Shown: positions 48,978 to 61,852 of the stretch, in pieces
How positions within the stretch are numbered: the first letter of the stretch is position 1
Layout of the letters: each line of letters opens with the position of its first letter
Source: Anolis carolinensis
Taxonomy: Eukaryota
Assembly: GCF_035594765.1 (NCBI RefSeq)
Contig: NC_085843.1
Coordinates: 276,621,971-276,685,970 of the forward strand
Direction of reading: 5' to 3'
Length of the DNA stretch: 64,000 nucleotides
Notes under the pieces: model-generated
Seen by the model: only the letters and a program-made list of their open reading frames with translations
Told to the model about the DNA's origin: nothing
The model's database searches: none
Made by a program: the position numbers and the translations under genes

Positions 48978-49985
48978 AGAATCATAGAATCATGGAATTT
49001 GAAGAGACCTCATGGGCCATTGAGTCCAAACCCCTGCCAAAAAGCAGGAAAATTGCATTCAAAGCACCCCCAACAGATGGCCATCCAGTCTCTGCTGAAA
49101 AGCCTACCAAGAAGGAGCCTCCACTACACTCCAGGGCAGAGAGTTCCACTGCTGAACTGCTCTCGCAGTTAGGAAATTATTCCTAATGTTCAGATGGAAA
49201 CTCCTTTCCTATAGTTTGAAGCCATGGTTCCGTATCTTATTCTCCAGACCTGCTCCCTCCTCCCTATGACTTCCCCTCACATCTTGATACATGGCCCTCA
49301 TCATGTCTCCTCAGCCTTCTCTTCTGCAGGCTAAACATGCCCAGCTCTTGAAGCCGCCCTTCATAGGGCTTGTTCTCCAGACCCTTGATTATTTCAGTCA
49401 TCCTCCTCTGGACACATTCCAGCTTGTCAACATCTCCCTTCAATTGCGGTGCCCATAATTGGACACAGTATTTTAGGTGTAGTCTGACCAAGGCACAATA
49501 GATGGGGGGCATGACTTCCCTGGATCTAGGCACTATACTCCTATTTATGCAGGCCCAAATCCCATTTGTTTTTTTAGCTGCTGCATGACATTGTTGGCTC
49601 ATGTTCACCTTGTTCCCCATGAGGACTCCAAGATCTTTTTCACACGTACTACTGTCGAGCCAGGCGTCCCCCATTCTGTATATTTGCATTCCATTTTTTC
49701 TGCCTAAGAAGAGAATCTTGCATTTGCCCCTATTGAACATTGTGTTAGCTTTGGCCCATCTCTCTAATCTGTCAATCTGCTCCTGCCTTCTGGAGTATTA
49801 GCTCTCCCTCCCAATTTGGTGTCATCTGCAAACTTGATGAACATGCCTTGTAACCCTTCATCTAAGTCATTAATAAAGATGTTGAACAGAACCGGGCCCA
49901 GGACTGAACCCTGCTTATGGCACTTATTATTTCTTTCCAGGGTGATGAAGAATCATTGGTGAGCACCCTTTGGATTCGTTCACTT
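48978..49985 (-). mobile_element. CR1 LINE 3' ~1 kb
   Basis: RT motifs [25 protein letters not shown], MxFNxxKCK, EKDLGV, LECVQRR; (ATTCTATG)n tail. Confidence 0.93.
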
Positions 49986-50081
49986 ATAATATAATCGGAG
50001 ACATTTCCTTCGTATTAGGTTGAGAATTTCTGCACATATTCTGAATATTTTTTTAATTTTTAAAAATTAACTTTTTTATTT

Positions 50082-50415
50082 AAAGGTAAAGGTAAAGGTT
50101 TTCCTCTGACATTAAGTCCAGTCGTGTCTGACTCTGGGGGTTGGTGCTCATCTCCATTTCTAAGCCGAAGAACCAGTCTTTTCCATAGACACCTCCAAGG
50201 TCACGTGGTCAGCATGATTGCATGGAGTTCCGTTAACTTCCTGCTGGAGTGGTACCTATTGATCTACTCACATTTGCATGTTTTCGAACTGCTAGGTTGG
50301 CAGAAGCTGGGGCTAACAATGAGAACTCACCCCGCTCCCCGAATTCGAACCTCTGACCTTTCGGTCAGCAAGTTCAGCAGCTCAGCAGTTTAATCCGCTG
50401 CACCATTGGAGTTCC
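50082..50415 (-). mobile_element. Sauria SINE
   Basis: Full body and ACCTTT tail. Confidence 0.9.
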
Positions 50416-50799
50416 AACTTCTTTAATGTCAAGGGAAAAAAGATTTAACTTTGATGTAGTTCATTATTTGATTACCATGTTCTCTCTAGGAATCTCTAGG
50501 TTTTCTGGAATTATCTTATGGTCAACTTCTGCTGGATGTCATGGTGAAATTAAACTACAATTCAAACTACTATTGTTTTTATTGCATTTTAATGTGTCAA
50601 GAAGTGCCTGAAATCCAGCTGTGAATGAAGCCAGAACCCAAAGCAATGGGGACTTTCCCTTTTCTCTTTCTCTCTCTCTGCACTGCAACCTTTTCCTTCT
50701 CTTCCTGCTAATACTTTTCTCCCATAATTTGGGTCAGTCTTTTTCTCTTTCACTATCTGCATAGCTCCATTTTCGATGTCACTCCTCTTTGTGTTGTTG

Positions 50800-51507
50800 A
50801 CTGTATGACTATGTTCTAGAAGCATTCTCTCCTGACGTTTCACCCACATCTATGGCAGCCATCTTCAAAGGTTGTGAGGTCTGTTGGAAACATGAACCAA
50901 GGAACATGAAAGGCACTGCAGACTAATTCAGCCAGAGAAGTCAGCCATAGCAGAGCACTTGATGAATCAACCTGGACACAGCATGTTATTTGAGAACACA
51001 GAAATGCTGGACCACTCTCACAACCACCATGTCAGACTACACAGAGAAGCCACTGAAATCCACAGGCATGTGGACAATTTCAATAGAAAGAAGGAAACCA
51101 TGAAAATGAACAAAATCTGGCTACCAATATTTAAAAAACTTCTAAAATCAGGACATAAATAAAGAACACGATAAAAAAAAGTAGGGGAATTAAAGACAGG
51201 AAACAATCAGGACCAGCTAACACTTCCTAACAAAGGATTCCCCCAGGCAGGAAGCAGATAGGCTACGAAGCTGCAAGGCCATTCAATGCTAATCAAGGTG
51301 GCCAATTGCAACATTCTCATTTGCCTCAAACAGACAAGAGTTCTTTCTCCCACCCTGGACAGTATTCCACAGATATACAAGCCCCACTTGCCTAGTTTCC
51401 AACAGACCTCACAACCTCTGAGGATGCCTGCCATAGATGTGGGCGAAAAGTCAGGGGAGAATGCTTCTGGAATATAGCCATACATTCTGGAAAACTCACA
51501 GCAACTC
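50800..51507 (+). mobile_element. Penelope-like retroelement, 5'-truncated, with inverted pLTR piece
   Basis: GIY-YIG C-terminal peptide EHERHCRLIQPEKSAIAEH...REATEI...NFNR; pLTR ~51200-51507; inverted pLTR fragment 50800-50891. Confidence 0.85.
51415..51455 (+). ncRNA. Minimal type I hammerhead ribozyme-like motif in the Penelope pLTR (probably decayed)
   Basis: cct-CUGAGGA-u-GCCUGC(cauagau)GUGGGC-GAAA-ag-UC-agg: core boxes, stem II and a 3-bp stem I. Confidence 0.55.
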
Positions 51508-52260
51508 ATTCCTCTTTCTTTTCATTCCATATCTTTCTATCTCATTCTTTTGACACCCTTTCTGTCTCTTTTGCCATCACCCCTTTTCTCTCTTTTCCCC
51601 ACTTCTTTTCTCATTGTCTTTCACTCTGCCAATCCTTCTTTCTCTTCTCATCACCCCCTTTTCCCCACTTTTTCTCCCTGTCTTTCTCTTTCACACATCC
51701 TCTCTCTCTTCCACCTCTTTTTGTTCTGTATTTCTCATTTTAGGTCTCTTCTCTTTCCCATTGCTCTTTCCACTTCTTCCACATTTGGCCCTATACCAAG
51801 AGAGGGACAGAGAGTGCTTGCCAGAGGTCCAAAGTAATCATCCGCAGTGTGTTTTTGAAATGGGGCCAAGGCCCACATATAATGAACTTAAGAACTCTGG
51901 ACTGCCCAAGGCCAGGAGGTTATCTTCCTGGATTGTCATCTTGCTGGATTGTCATTCTGGAATAATTCTGGATTATATCACCGTGGGAGAGGGGAGAATC
52001 AAAGGGTCCTGCATATTCCAGGCAACAGACTCCTGTGCTGAAAATGCTACAATTCAATGTAAGGGCAGTAAATGGGGGGCGGGGAGAATCAGGACCTGAT
52101 CCATAACAATAATATCAACAATAAAAAGTCCAACCAAAACCAGCTGATCTTGTGAAAGGTATTCAGGCTAAAGTATATGTATATACACATTTGCACAGGG
52201 AAGGAGAAATAACACACGATACTGTGCCATATAACTGCAAAACAAATCACCCAAACAAAA

Positions 52261-52762
52261 TCTATATATATAAATGAGTGATGGCATCACGGCGACCCAC
52301 AAAACAACAAAACTACAGGCCCCCCAACCTCGAAATTTGACAACACAACCCATCATCCATGCCTCTAGGTTGATACAACAAAAAGAAAAGAAAAATAAAG
52401 TCCTACTTAGAGGGAGAGCAATAATTGTTTTGATCCAATTGCTGCCATTTAGAAGGCTAAGCTCCGCCCACTTGGTCTCCTAGCAACCCACTCAGCCCAG
52501 TGTTAATAAAAGAATAAAAAATAAAATAAATACAAATAATACAATACAAATAATTAAAAACACTAAAAAATTAATACAATAACATACTATAACAAAATAA
52601 CTAAAAATAATACAACAAAATAGTAAAATATAATAAATAAAAAGATAAGTTACAATAAAATTAATTTAAAAATACAAATGACGTCAAATAAAAATTCCAC
52701 AACAACTTTTAACCAATACCACCACCACTTTGCCACAGCAACGTGTGGCTGGGCACAGCTAG
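52261..52762 (+). mobile_element. Non-autonomous Helitron with promoter-like cassette and AT-rich filler
   Basis: A|TCTATATATA...GCCAC..GTGGC hairpin..CTAG|T. Confidence 0.88.
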
Positions 52763-54429
52763 TGCAAACTAAAAACAATCCCTACATATAATAGAAACCA
52801 AACCTACCAGTGCATGTAACCAAAATATACAAGAGTCCTGTTTATATGTAGACCTGGCTGAAGGAGCCTTGGATTTGGTCATTCTCGTCCACCTTTCTCG
52901 CTCTGGGTTCTCCCTTCAACAGCAGACAAAGCCTGGAGATGGAAAGATAGAAGGCATTTCTACACTGACTGCTTAGGTCAATGTGGAAATGGATCAGCCT
53001 TCTGGAGGCTAAATGCCGCAGGGGTCTGATCCTGGTTAACCTTGGGCAAGGCCACTTTAGCCCTAGATTAACTAGGAAAAAGACCAAATCATGGTCCAGC
53101 TTAGGGTTTCCCCCCAACTTGGGGGAATATGCATATAGGTCAGAACAAAAGATGGATTCTGTTGTATATTGCTAAGCTTTTGGGGCTTTCTTGTTAATGG
53201 TATAATGGAGAGTCCTCCCAACTTGATGTGCTGGAGAGTTGCAATATCCATGTTGAGGCAGTTCTCTCAAGAGCAACTCAAGACCTCCTATCCTCCATGA
53301 TAACCAGAGGGATTGCCTAAGGACCCCATCACTAAGCCAGGCGATAGCAGGGGGATTCGCCATGGGTCGTGGTGAATCCGGTGGGAGGAACCCATTGCCC
53401 GCATCACTCACATCATCCCTTATCTCATCCCATTGGGGGGGCATCACTGCCCAGCTTCTCCCCATTCTTCTCTATGGATCAATGTCGTGTGATAGGCTCC
53501 AGTGGAATCTGTGCCTGAAGTGGGGTCTAACTGTCATAGGTTGGGAAATTTTGCCTATTTGATGAGGTCATAAGTAGCAGCTGGTCCCACCTATGCTGTT
53601 AGACCTAATTTTCCAAGCTGGTGATGTGGACGTAGAGGGATTTCTGTAGTTCTGTTGCCATGGGCTAATCATTACTTGGTGAGGTTTAGATGTATTTGTG
53701 ATTGAAGACTGGAGGTGTGGGGGACTCATCGATATGTTAGTCCATAAGGCTGAGCGGTACTCATTAAGATATTAGACCATAAGGCTGATGAATTTAGAAT
53801 AATATGGCATTTTTATGGTTTCTATAAAAACCTTGAATTGCCCCATGTGTCTAGTAGAGGCCTATTAGTCCACTTGTTTACTATGGGGTTTGCAGTGACA
53901 AAACTATTAGGCTGGAGACTAGAGCATCGATGGTGAAAAATTCAGAACAAACCAGAACAAGAAAGGCTAAGTCTTGGAAGGTGAAAGTAGCAGCAATGAA
54001 AGCTTATTTCTTAACCCCCATGCATTTTCCCAGTAAATATAGTAAATGTAGTAAATATCCCTCATAGTTTGGGTCCATCTACATTCTGCCCTAGAAGAAG
54101 AAACTAGAGACCACCCAACAGGGCCCGGGCTGTGGCGCAGGCTGGAGAGCAAGCCAGCTGCAACCAGCTGCTATGAATCACTCTGACCAGGAGGTCATGA
54201 GTTTGAGGCCCGCTCGAAGCCTATGTTTGTCTTGTCTTTGTTCTATGTTAAAAGGCATTGAATGTTTGCCTATATGTGTAATGTGATCCTGAGAAGGGTG
54301 GAATATAAATGCTGTAAATAAATAAATAAATAAATAATCAGCTTGCTGTGAAGAATTTGCACAACACATAGCAGACAAAATTGCTCAAGTTCACTCTCAC
54401 ATGGATGCTATAGATGATACAGGTACAGT

Positions 54430-54657
54430 CAGGGTCATAGCCAGAAAAAAAATTTCAATTTTATTTAGCGAATCATGAAGAGTAGTTCCATAATGCAAAA
54501 TAATTTAGAAATCAGGCTCTATCAATAAACTTCAGTGGACATTCATGGGGCTTTGGTTAACCAGTTAAAATTCATGAGTAAACCAGTTTTTTTTAAATCC
54601 TGAAAAATTTCAGGGGGGGCGGTTGAACCCCTAACCCTCCCCTTGGCTACAACCCTG
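54430..54657. mobile_element. hAT MITE inserted in an L2 fragment
   Basis: TIR CAGGGTCATAGCCA/TGGCTACAACCCTG; TSD ggtacagt/agtacagt. Confidence 0.8.
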
Positions 54658-55232
54658 AGTACAGTGCATATAAATTTGGCTTCTGACTGTCCCTTATCAT
54701 TGTCCCTGATTGCCCCTTATCACTGTGAATCTAATAATGTAGATTGAATTCTTGGAAAGTTGAAGGCCATCATACCTGTTGGACCTATGCCCTTCTTGGC
54801 TTAAACAAGTTGCCAGAAAAGGATTGCCCGAGTAGGTAAGAGTGACAATCTCCCCACTGCAAGTCTGTCTAAGAACTTCATCAGATGGCACTTGGACCTC
54901 TCTCCAGGAACGGAGCACATTGAATTCTATCACATGACGTTGATCTGCTTCCAGTAGGGTTTCATACCTAAGGAGAGGTCCAAGCATCGCAGGAGGCAGC
55001 ATGGGCAACATGGGAAGATTCCCTTGTTGCATATAAAACAACAGGGAGAAGCCAGGAGGCAATGCTCCCCTCCCATGGGATAAGGTGAGGGACGGTGTGG
55101 GGCGCCGGGTTCTCTATGTTTCCCCCCTCCCCCCAGGCTCCATCGGATGTGGTCGGCTTAAGACATGACTATAGGATTCTACACTGTAGAATCAACACAG
55201 TTTGATGCCACTTTAACTCGCATGGCTTAGTG

Positions 55233-55441
55233 CAGGGGTCCCCAAACTAAGGCCCGGGGGCCAGATGCGGCCCATCGAAGCTATTTATATGGCCCCCATA
55301 GCACAAGGGCAGAAGGGGGTTGGACTAAATGACCCAAGGAGTCTCTTCTTCTCTTACAACCCTTATTATTATTGTTATTATTATTATATTGTATGACACA
55401 GCAAACAAGATAGATATGCTGGATTTCGCATCACAAAATCA

Positions 55442-55488
<47 letters not shown>

Positions 55489-55602
55489 GCACTGAGGCTG
55501 GGTGGCCATCTGTCAGGGGTGCTTTGCTTGTGCTTTCGGTGCACAAAGGCAGAAGGGGATTGGACTAAATGGCCCAAGGAGTCTCTTTCAACCCTCTTTA
55601 TT

Positions 55603-55643
<41 letters not shown>

Positions 55644-55745
55644 GACACAGCAAACAAGATAGATATGCTGGATTTCATATCACAAAATCACAAGTCGAAC
55701 ACTTCCCAAGTGGTGGTGGTGGTGTTGTTGTTGTTGTTGTTGTTG

Positions 55746-55798
<53 letters not shown>

Positions 55799-55883
55799 GC
55801 TCGGTGGCCAACTATAGTCCGGCCCTCCAACGGTCCAAAGGATCGTGAACTGGCCCCCTGTTTAAAAAGTTTGGGGACCCCTG
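55233..55883. mobile_element. hAT (Charlie-like) MITE with internal duplicated CR1-tail-like and (TAT)n units
   Basis: TIR CAGGGGTCCCCAAACT; perfect TSD gcttagtg. Confidence 0.88.
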
Positions 55884-57589
55884 GCTTAGTGGCTTAGTAT
55901 TTTGGTGAGGCACTGAAGAGTTTGAATGAAAAACCATAAATATACAGGTGAAATAATAACAAAAAGAAATGGAAAGTCTCAATACTTCCAAGGACTTCTT
56001 TTCCTGCCTGGATAAGCCCCCTGATTTCATTGGGAGATGGCAGAAAATATTTTATGGGGCAAATAAAGTACATTTGGAGCCCCAAAATAAAATCAGAAAG
56101 AACAGGAACAAAACCTTGGACTTTCTGATCTTTTAAATCAGTCTGGATGCACTCAAAAGTAAGTTGCAGTATTGATTTGTTACCAGGAGATGGTGGTAGT
56201 ATTTCTCACCATACTCCCTTCTAAAGCAGTTAATGGAGTTTTTGGCAAATTTCATTTCCTTCGGCTGTGTGCTTCAAGGCTATACAATTGCACATCATTT
56301 TTTTTTCCTCATATGATGTTGAGAAGAGCCATTACAATTTTATACCTGGCCAGTCCTCTGGGAATCACTTTAATCCCCCATCCTGCATTGCTTCTGGAGG
56401 GACAGAAGATGAGTGCAATAAAGAAATGCAGGGCGGACTTTGTGAATTTTAGATCCGTTTGCAGATAGCTATCAAAAATTCTCTCTAGCTTGCATGGCAA
56501 AGGAGATGCGCTTAGAACTGCCCCCCTGCTAAGAAGAGAAAACATAGGGTTAGGCTATTTCTGGAATAGCACTGTGCTTTCTTCCTTCAGAATACATTTT
56601 TAATTTCCCCTTTGCTCTTTCAGCCTCTCTCGCTCAGCCTGCCCATGCTGGCTTCTTTTTCGGTCTTATTTTCTAGGTTCGTCATTCTTGCTGCAGACAC
56701 AGACTTGATTCATGAGGATTAATTTGCATTTTGGACAGCATTGGTGAAGCATATTTATTTTCATATGTGTGTAAAGACTAATGTGTCTGGCTGAGAAGCT
56801 GCTTTGCTAGTCTCTGAATAAACCAGCATTTTCCAGGTCCCACAGATCTACATGTTTTCAATATTTTGGGAGAAAAGTTCACTGTGGTATTTGTTGTTGT
56901 TACTTTCCATCCAGTTGATTTCAGCTTATGGCAACCCTATGGCTCAAAACACTCTGCCATCATTAGCCCTGCAAACTCAGGACTGGTATCCAAAACACGG
57001 ACACTGAAATGTCAGAGCCCTGAGATCAAGGCTCAGATGGATGACCTCTCAGCTTGAAGCAGAAAACTCCCTGCTGCTCAACCTCACTTGTTTTTTCTCC
57101 TTTTCACTATCATCACAATGGGCACAGGTCACAAGTGGGTCACAGGAATTTCTCCATCAGCCAACCGCTAGGCAAACACCCAGGCTGAGAACAATAGGTT
57201 GGGATGTCAACCTGTAGCTGATCATTCAGAGACATAATAAATCTCATTAGGTGATCACCATAACCAGCCCCCTGTTGTCCCATTTCCCATCAGGAAATCC
57301 CATCCTCTAAGAGACATTTCACCCAGAGTAATTTCACCCCATCAGCAACCACATCCCCACTGTCATGGACAAACTCCCATTTCTACACCTGGAAAGACCC
57401 TACCTGCAGAAAGAGTATGAACCTAAACATGGCATCCGACTCAGGTTTTTTTCCAATAAAAACTTTGCTAAAGTTCTTACCATATATAATCTGCCAATCA
57501 CAAGTTGTAAAACATGATAACAATTTATGTACATCAAGCCAATGAGACAGTGGATCATAATTTGTACCAATCAGAACAATGCCTATTAT

Positions 57590-57880
57590 TGGGTTGCTTT
57601 GAGTCTTTCGGGATGTCAGAGGTTGCCTTTATTGCTTTGATAGCTAAAGAATCACTAGGTTGCTGTGAATCACTAGGTTGCTGTGAGTCTTTCACGATGT
57701 ATGGCCATGTTCCAGAAGCTTTCGCTCCTGACGTTTCGGCACATCCATGGCAGGCATCTGTGGAGGATGCCTGCAACAGATGTAGACAAAATGTCAGGAG
57801 AGAAAGCTTCTGGGAAATGGCCATACAGCCTGAAAGACACACAGCAACCTAATGATTTTGGCCACGAAAGACTTCAACCA
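57590..57880. mobile_element. Inverted pair of Penelope pLTR fragments
   Basis: Arms symmetric about ~57760, both homologous to 51420-51507. Confidence 0.7.
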
Positions 57881-57894
57881 TACAATTCCTATTA

Positions 57895-58217
57895 CAGTAG
57901 AATCTCACTTATACAACATAAACAGGCCGGCAGAATGTTGGATAAGCAAATATGTTGGATAATAAGGAGGGATTAAGGAAAAGCCTATTGAACATCAATT
58001 TAGGTTATGATTTTACAAATTAAGCACCAAAACATCATGTTATACAACAAATTTGACAGAAAAGGTAGTTCAATACTCAGTAATGCTATGTAGTAATTAC
58101 TGTATTTACGAATTTAGCACGAAAATATCATGATGTATTGAAAACATTGACTACAAAAATGCATTGGATAATCCAGAACGTTGGATAAGTGAATGTTGGA
58201 TAAGTGAGATTCTACTG
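57895..58217. mobile_element. Tigger/pogo-like MITE, complete
   Basis: ta-CAGTAGAATCTCACTTAT...ATAAGTGAGATTCTACTG-ta. Confidence 0.88.
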
Positions 58218-58364
58218 TATCTTAAATGTCTATAAAACACTGATGTCTTTAAACAAAAGACATGTCAGATCTGGGGTTTTTCTCCAGGCATCCTTCTTTA
58301 GCCATCGAAGCAATAAAGGCAACCGCTGACAGGACCACAGCAATGTAGGCTTTATCTTTTTCTG

Positions 58365-58710
58365 TTACCTCCCACTTCATCAAGCATTAATGTATTTTCT
58401 AATGAGTCATGTCATCTCATGATGTGGTCAAAATACAAAAGCCTTAATCTAGCCAGTTTGGCTTCTAGGCAAAGTTCAGACTTGATTTGCTCTAGGACTC
58501 ATTTATTGGATATTTTTTTAGTGAATGATATCTGTAGACCTTCTTCAAGCACCATACTTCAAATGAATCGATTTATCTTTCTGACAGCTTTTTTTCACTG
58601 TCCAGCTTTCAGAATCATACGTACAAAGAAATCATAAATACTACAGCATGTATGATCCCGAGTTTGCCATTCAGTGATACATCTTTGTACTTGAAGCTCT
58701 TATCTAGTCA
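58365..58710 (-). mobile_element. RTE-BovB-like LINE fragment
   Basis: Minus-strand RT C-terminal remnants (FEVWC.RR, LxYFxHIMR, LMLxxV.G.R). Confidence 0.6.
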
Positions 58711-60081
58711 TCATTCATTATAATGTTATGTAAATGATCTGTGGTCATAATTCTTGAATCCTTAATGTTCAGCTGTAGCTCTATTTCTGTTAATACAGTA
58801 CATAGATAGGTTTACAAAAATGTGTTTGTGGTTATAGCTAGCTACAGGGTCATTTTTATTTTTTTAAAATCATAGATTTCTGATGAACTACTGCATACAA
58901 TTTTATAGACAGTCATTTTGGTGTCATCCACCACTGATGTGTAGTTCACCCTCCTAGTGATGCTAACTGAAAAAATCCAAACATAAATGGACAATAATAA
59001 TATCTACTAATAAATTGGGGTACGTATCACACAGATTTGGGGGGGTGGTGAGACCCAGATCAGATTGAGCCTGCTTATTGCAGAAAGGATACGATCTGGT
59101 CATCTTTGCTGCAATGTTTGTGATCTGGCTCCAACAGATGCATTTAAAAAGACCTCTCTGCCAATATATATATTTGCTTCTTTGAATAACAACGCTAGCA
59201 ATGGTCTGCTGGATTTCTTGCAAGCTCAGCTGCCATAATAAATATAGGAAACGAGTGCCGTTAAACTGGAAGACACCTTGTTGAAGGTTGATCAATGTAT
59301 GCATCAAACTAGATCAGAGGATATAGAAACAAATTGGCTCAGATTGCTTGGCGTGAATTAGATCAGCCTAGAGAGCTCAGAGTAATTTTTCCCTCAGTCC
59401 GTGGTCTGTCCCTTTGGGTTTATTGACCTGGAGTCCATTATAGCTGTTAGAGCAGTTGACCCTTGGAATATATTCCATTAGCATGTTAGTTATCCACTAA
59501 AGTGAGAGATTTCTTCCTCCTATTCGGTGCACAGAGGAGCGATTCACATTAATCCATTTAAAATAGCAGGAGCTTGTCAGAATAAATCTGAATTTCATTA
59601 TTATTTCTATCAGAGCCCTTACTAGATGTTCCACCCAGAAAATGAATCAAATTGTGCCATGTTGTTTGGGGAGAAAGATTCCCAAAGCGACCTGTACAAC
59701 TATCATTCCAGTTCAGATCTACAGTCAAAAGAATGATGGGTTTGAGAGCAGATTTGTATCAATTTGGCTCATCAACTGCTGGCTTCCATGTCAGTGAGGT
59801 TCTGAGTCCGTTCTGGGTTTTAGTCCAAGCTTGAATGGAGCTGTCCAAGGCCCTGAGGCTTCTCCTCCAAAAAGCTTCCACACATTGGAGAGCTCCTTCA
59901 AAGTTCAGATTATAACCTGATGTGGATTCATCATGCCACTGTTGTGGGAGACACAAATTGTTAGTGGATCAAAGCCCTCCAAGAGATGGATAAGCAAAGT
60001 AGAACCCATATCAGACTGGATTCAGACATATTGAAGATCTAGGGTGTAGCTACACTGTGTAGAGTTAACACATTTTGACAT

Positions 60082-60112
<31 letters not shown>

Positions 60113-61641
60113 CTTTATTTATATTCCACCCTGTCTCCCCAAGGGGTCTCAGGGAGGATCACAGTACACATACATGACAAACATTCAGTGCCATTTGGAC
60201 AGACAGAACAGAACAGAACAGAAAGAAAGGAGGTATGTTGTCTCAAAGTCCAGTTTCGATGCCTTGGAGGTTGAGTTCGGATTCAGTCATGGGGGTGCTG
60301 TTGCTCCGTTCTCTATGACAAAGAGCCATCAGGACTTCCTCCTTCCACCTTCCTTTTGGTCATCACATTTCTGGTCTTGTTCTTTGTGGTGTCGTAAAAT
60401 ATCTTCCCTGCTAATTAGCGTACCTAATTTCTCTACTTACAGCTCTAAGCTGTTTTCGAACTGCTTAGGTAAACAGTGAGCTGGGCTTGACGATCAAGTG
60501 CTCACCCCGACCGGGCTTCGAACTGGTCACCTTTCAGCTGGTAGATCTTATTACTGCTGGTGATTTACATAATTTTAAGCTGCCATGGCTAAAATGGCCA
60601 TTCATCCCACCCTAACAGAAGATGTTCCTTGACAGTACTTCTAGTATAAAAATCATGTTAACCCCCAGATATTCTTGAATATTGTCCATATTGGCTAGAG
60701 TTGTTGAGACTTGTAATCCAACAACATCTTTGACAGAGAAGGCTAAAGACCTTGTAAAACTACAACTCCCCATATTCCATAGCATGAGGCCACAGCAGTT
60801 AAAGTGGTGTCAAAATGCATTAAATCTACAATATAGATGACCCCCAGGTCTCTCAGGTGGTCCCCAGGGAGACCGAGAAGAAAGGAAGAAACAAATGTCA
60901 AGATAAATGGCCGCATAAGCTAATAGATTTACTTTTTATGATTCTTACCACAGTTGAAGTTGCCAACACACACACACCCAGTGGGATTGGTGAGACTGAT
61001 ATAAAGACACAAACTCAATTTTAAAAATAGAGACACTTTGTCATATTAATCCAAAGCCTAATGCGATTCTGATAACTCGGGAGTTATCGAAAAAACAACA
61101 AAAGAAAAAATGTCACCAGTAATGATGCATTCCTTATCAAGATCTCTTTTCTTGGCTTTTTCCTTCCATTTATTTATGAGTGTTTTCTACCTAGCAAAGA
61201 GCATCTGCATATGTTCTGGCTTGTTTAGATTTACTACCGAAACTGATATTTTAAAAGTAAAAAGAGACTCTGTTGCCTTCCATTTGCTCTTTTACCAAGA
61301 CCTATTCATCAGTCTAATGTGGGTGAGCCAACACAAAGGGAGAAAAAAAGAGTGTTATTTATTATCTTCCTTATTTTTCAATGCATAATTCAAGGCCAAA
61401 AATATTTTCCCAGAGGCAAGACATGTTTATTTTTTTAATCAACTGTCCTACAGGGTTTTTTTTTCCTTGATGGAGAAAGCCTTGTGGTGAAAGTAATGTT
61501 CAGATTTGGGAATGATCCAGTTTCTGAATTCAAGTTGTTTAGGCTCTGATGGATAGCACAGATTCAAATCTGTAATAGCCTCAGCAAAGCTAAGAAGCCT
61601 AAACTTAAATTTCTGACAGGGGAAAGAAAACAGCTACCTAT

Positions 61642-61852
61642 GGGTACATCTATACTGCAGAATTAATGTAGTATAAAATCACTTTAACTGCCACAGCTTA
61701 ATGCTATGGAATCATGGGAGTTGTAGTTTTACAAGATCTTCCCTGTCAAAGACTACCAGTGCCTCATCAAACTACAAATATCATGATTCCATAGTATTGA
61801 GTCATGGCGGTCGAAGTGGTGTCAAACTGTATTAATTCTACAATGTAAATGC
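61642..61852. mobile_element. Palindromic MITE-like repeat (partial copies ~23845, 38090, 60730, 63495)
   Basis: catctatactgcagaattaat...attaattctacaatgtaaatg inverted ends. Confidence 0.55.

Noticed and set aside
51510-51785. Long polypyrimidine tract with hydrophobic ORFs
   Set aside because: Low-complexity sequence with no splice or homology support.
57010-57482. Possible solo LTR (TG start, AATAAA near the end)
   Set aside because: No clear TSD, second copy or PBS; not supportable.
59690-59956. Possible minus-strand exon with a good acceptor (65-aa ORF)
   Set aside because: No recognisable homology, an in-frame stop before any strong donor, and no partner exons.
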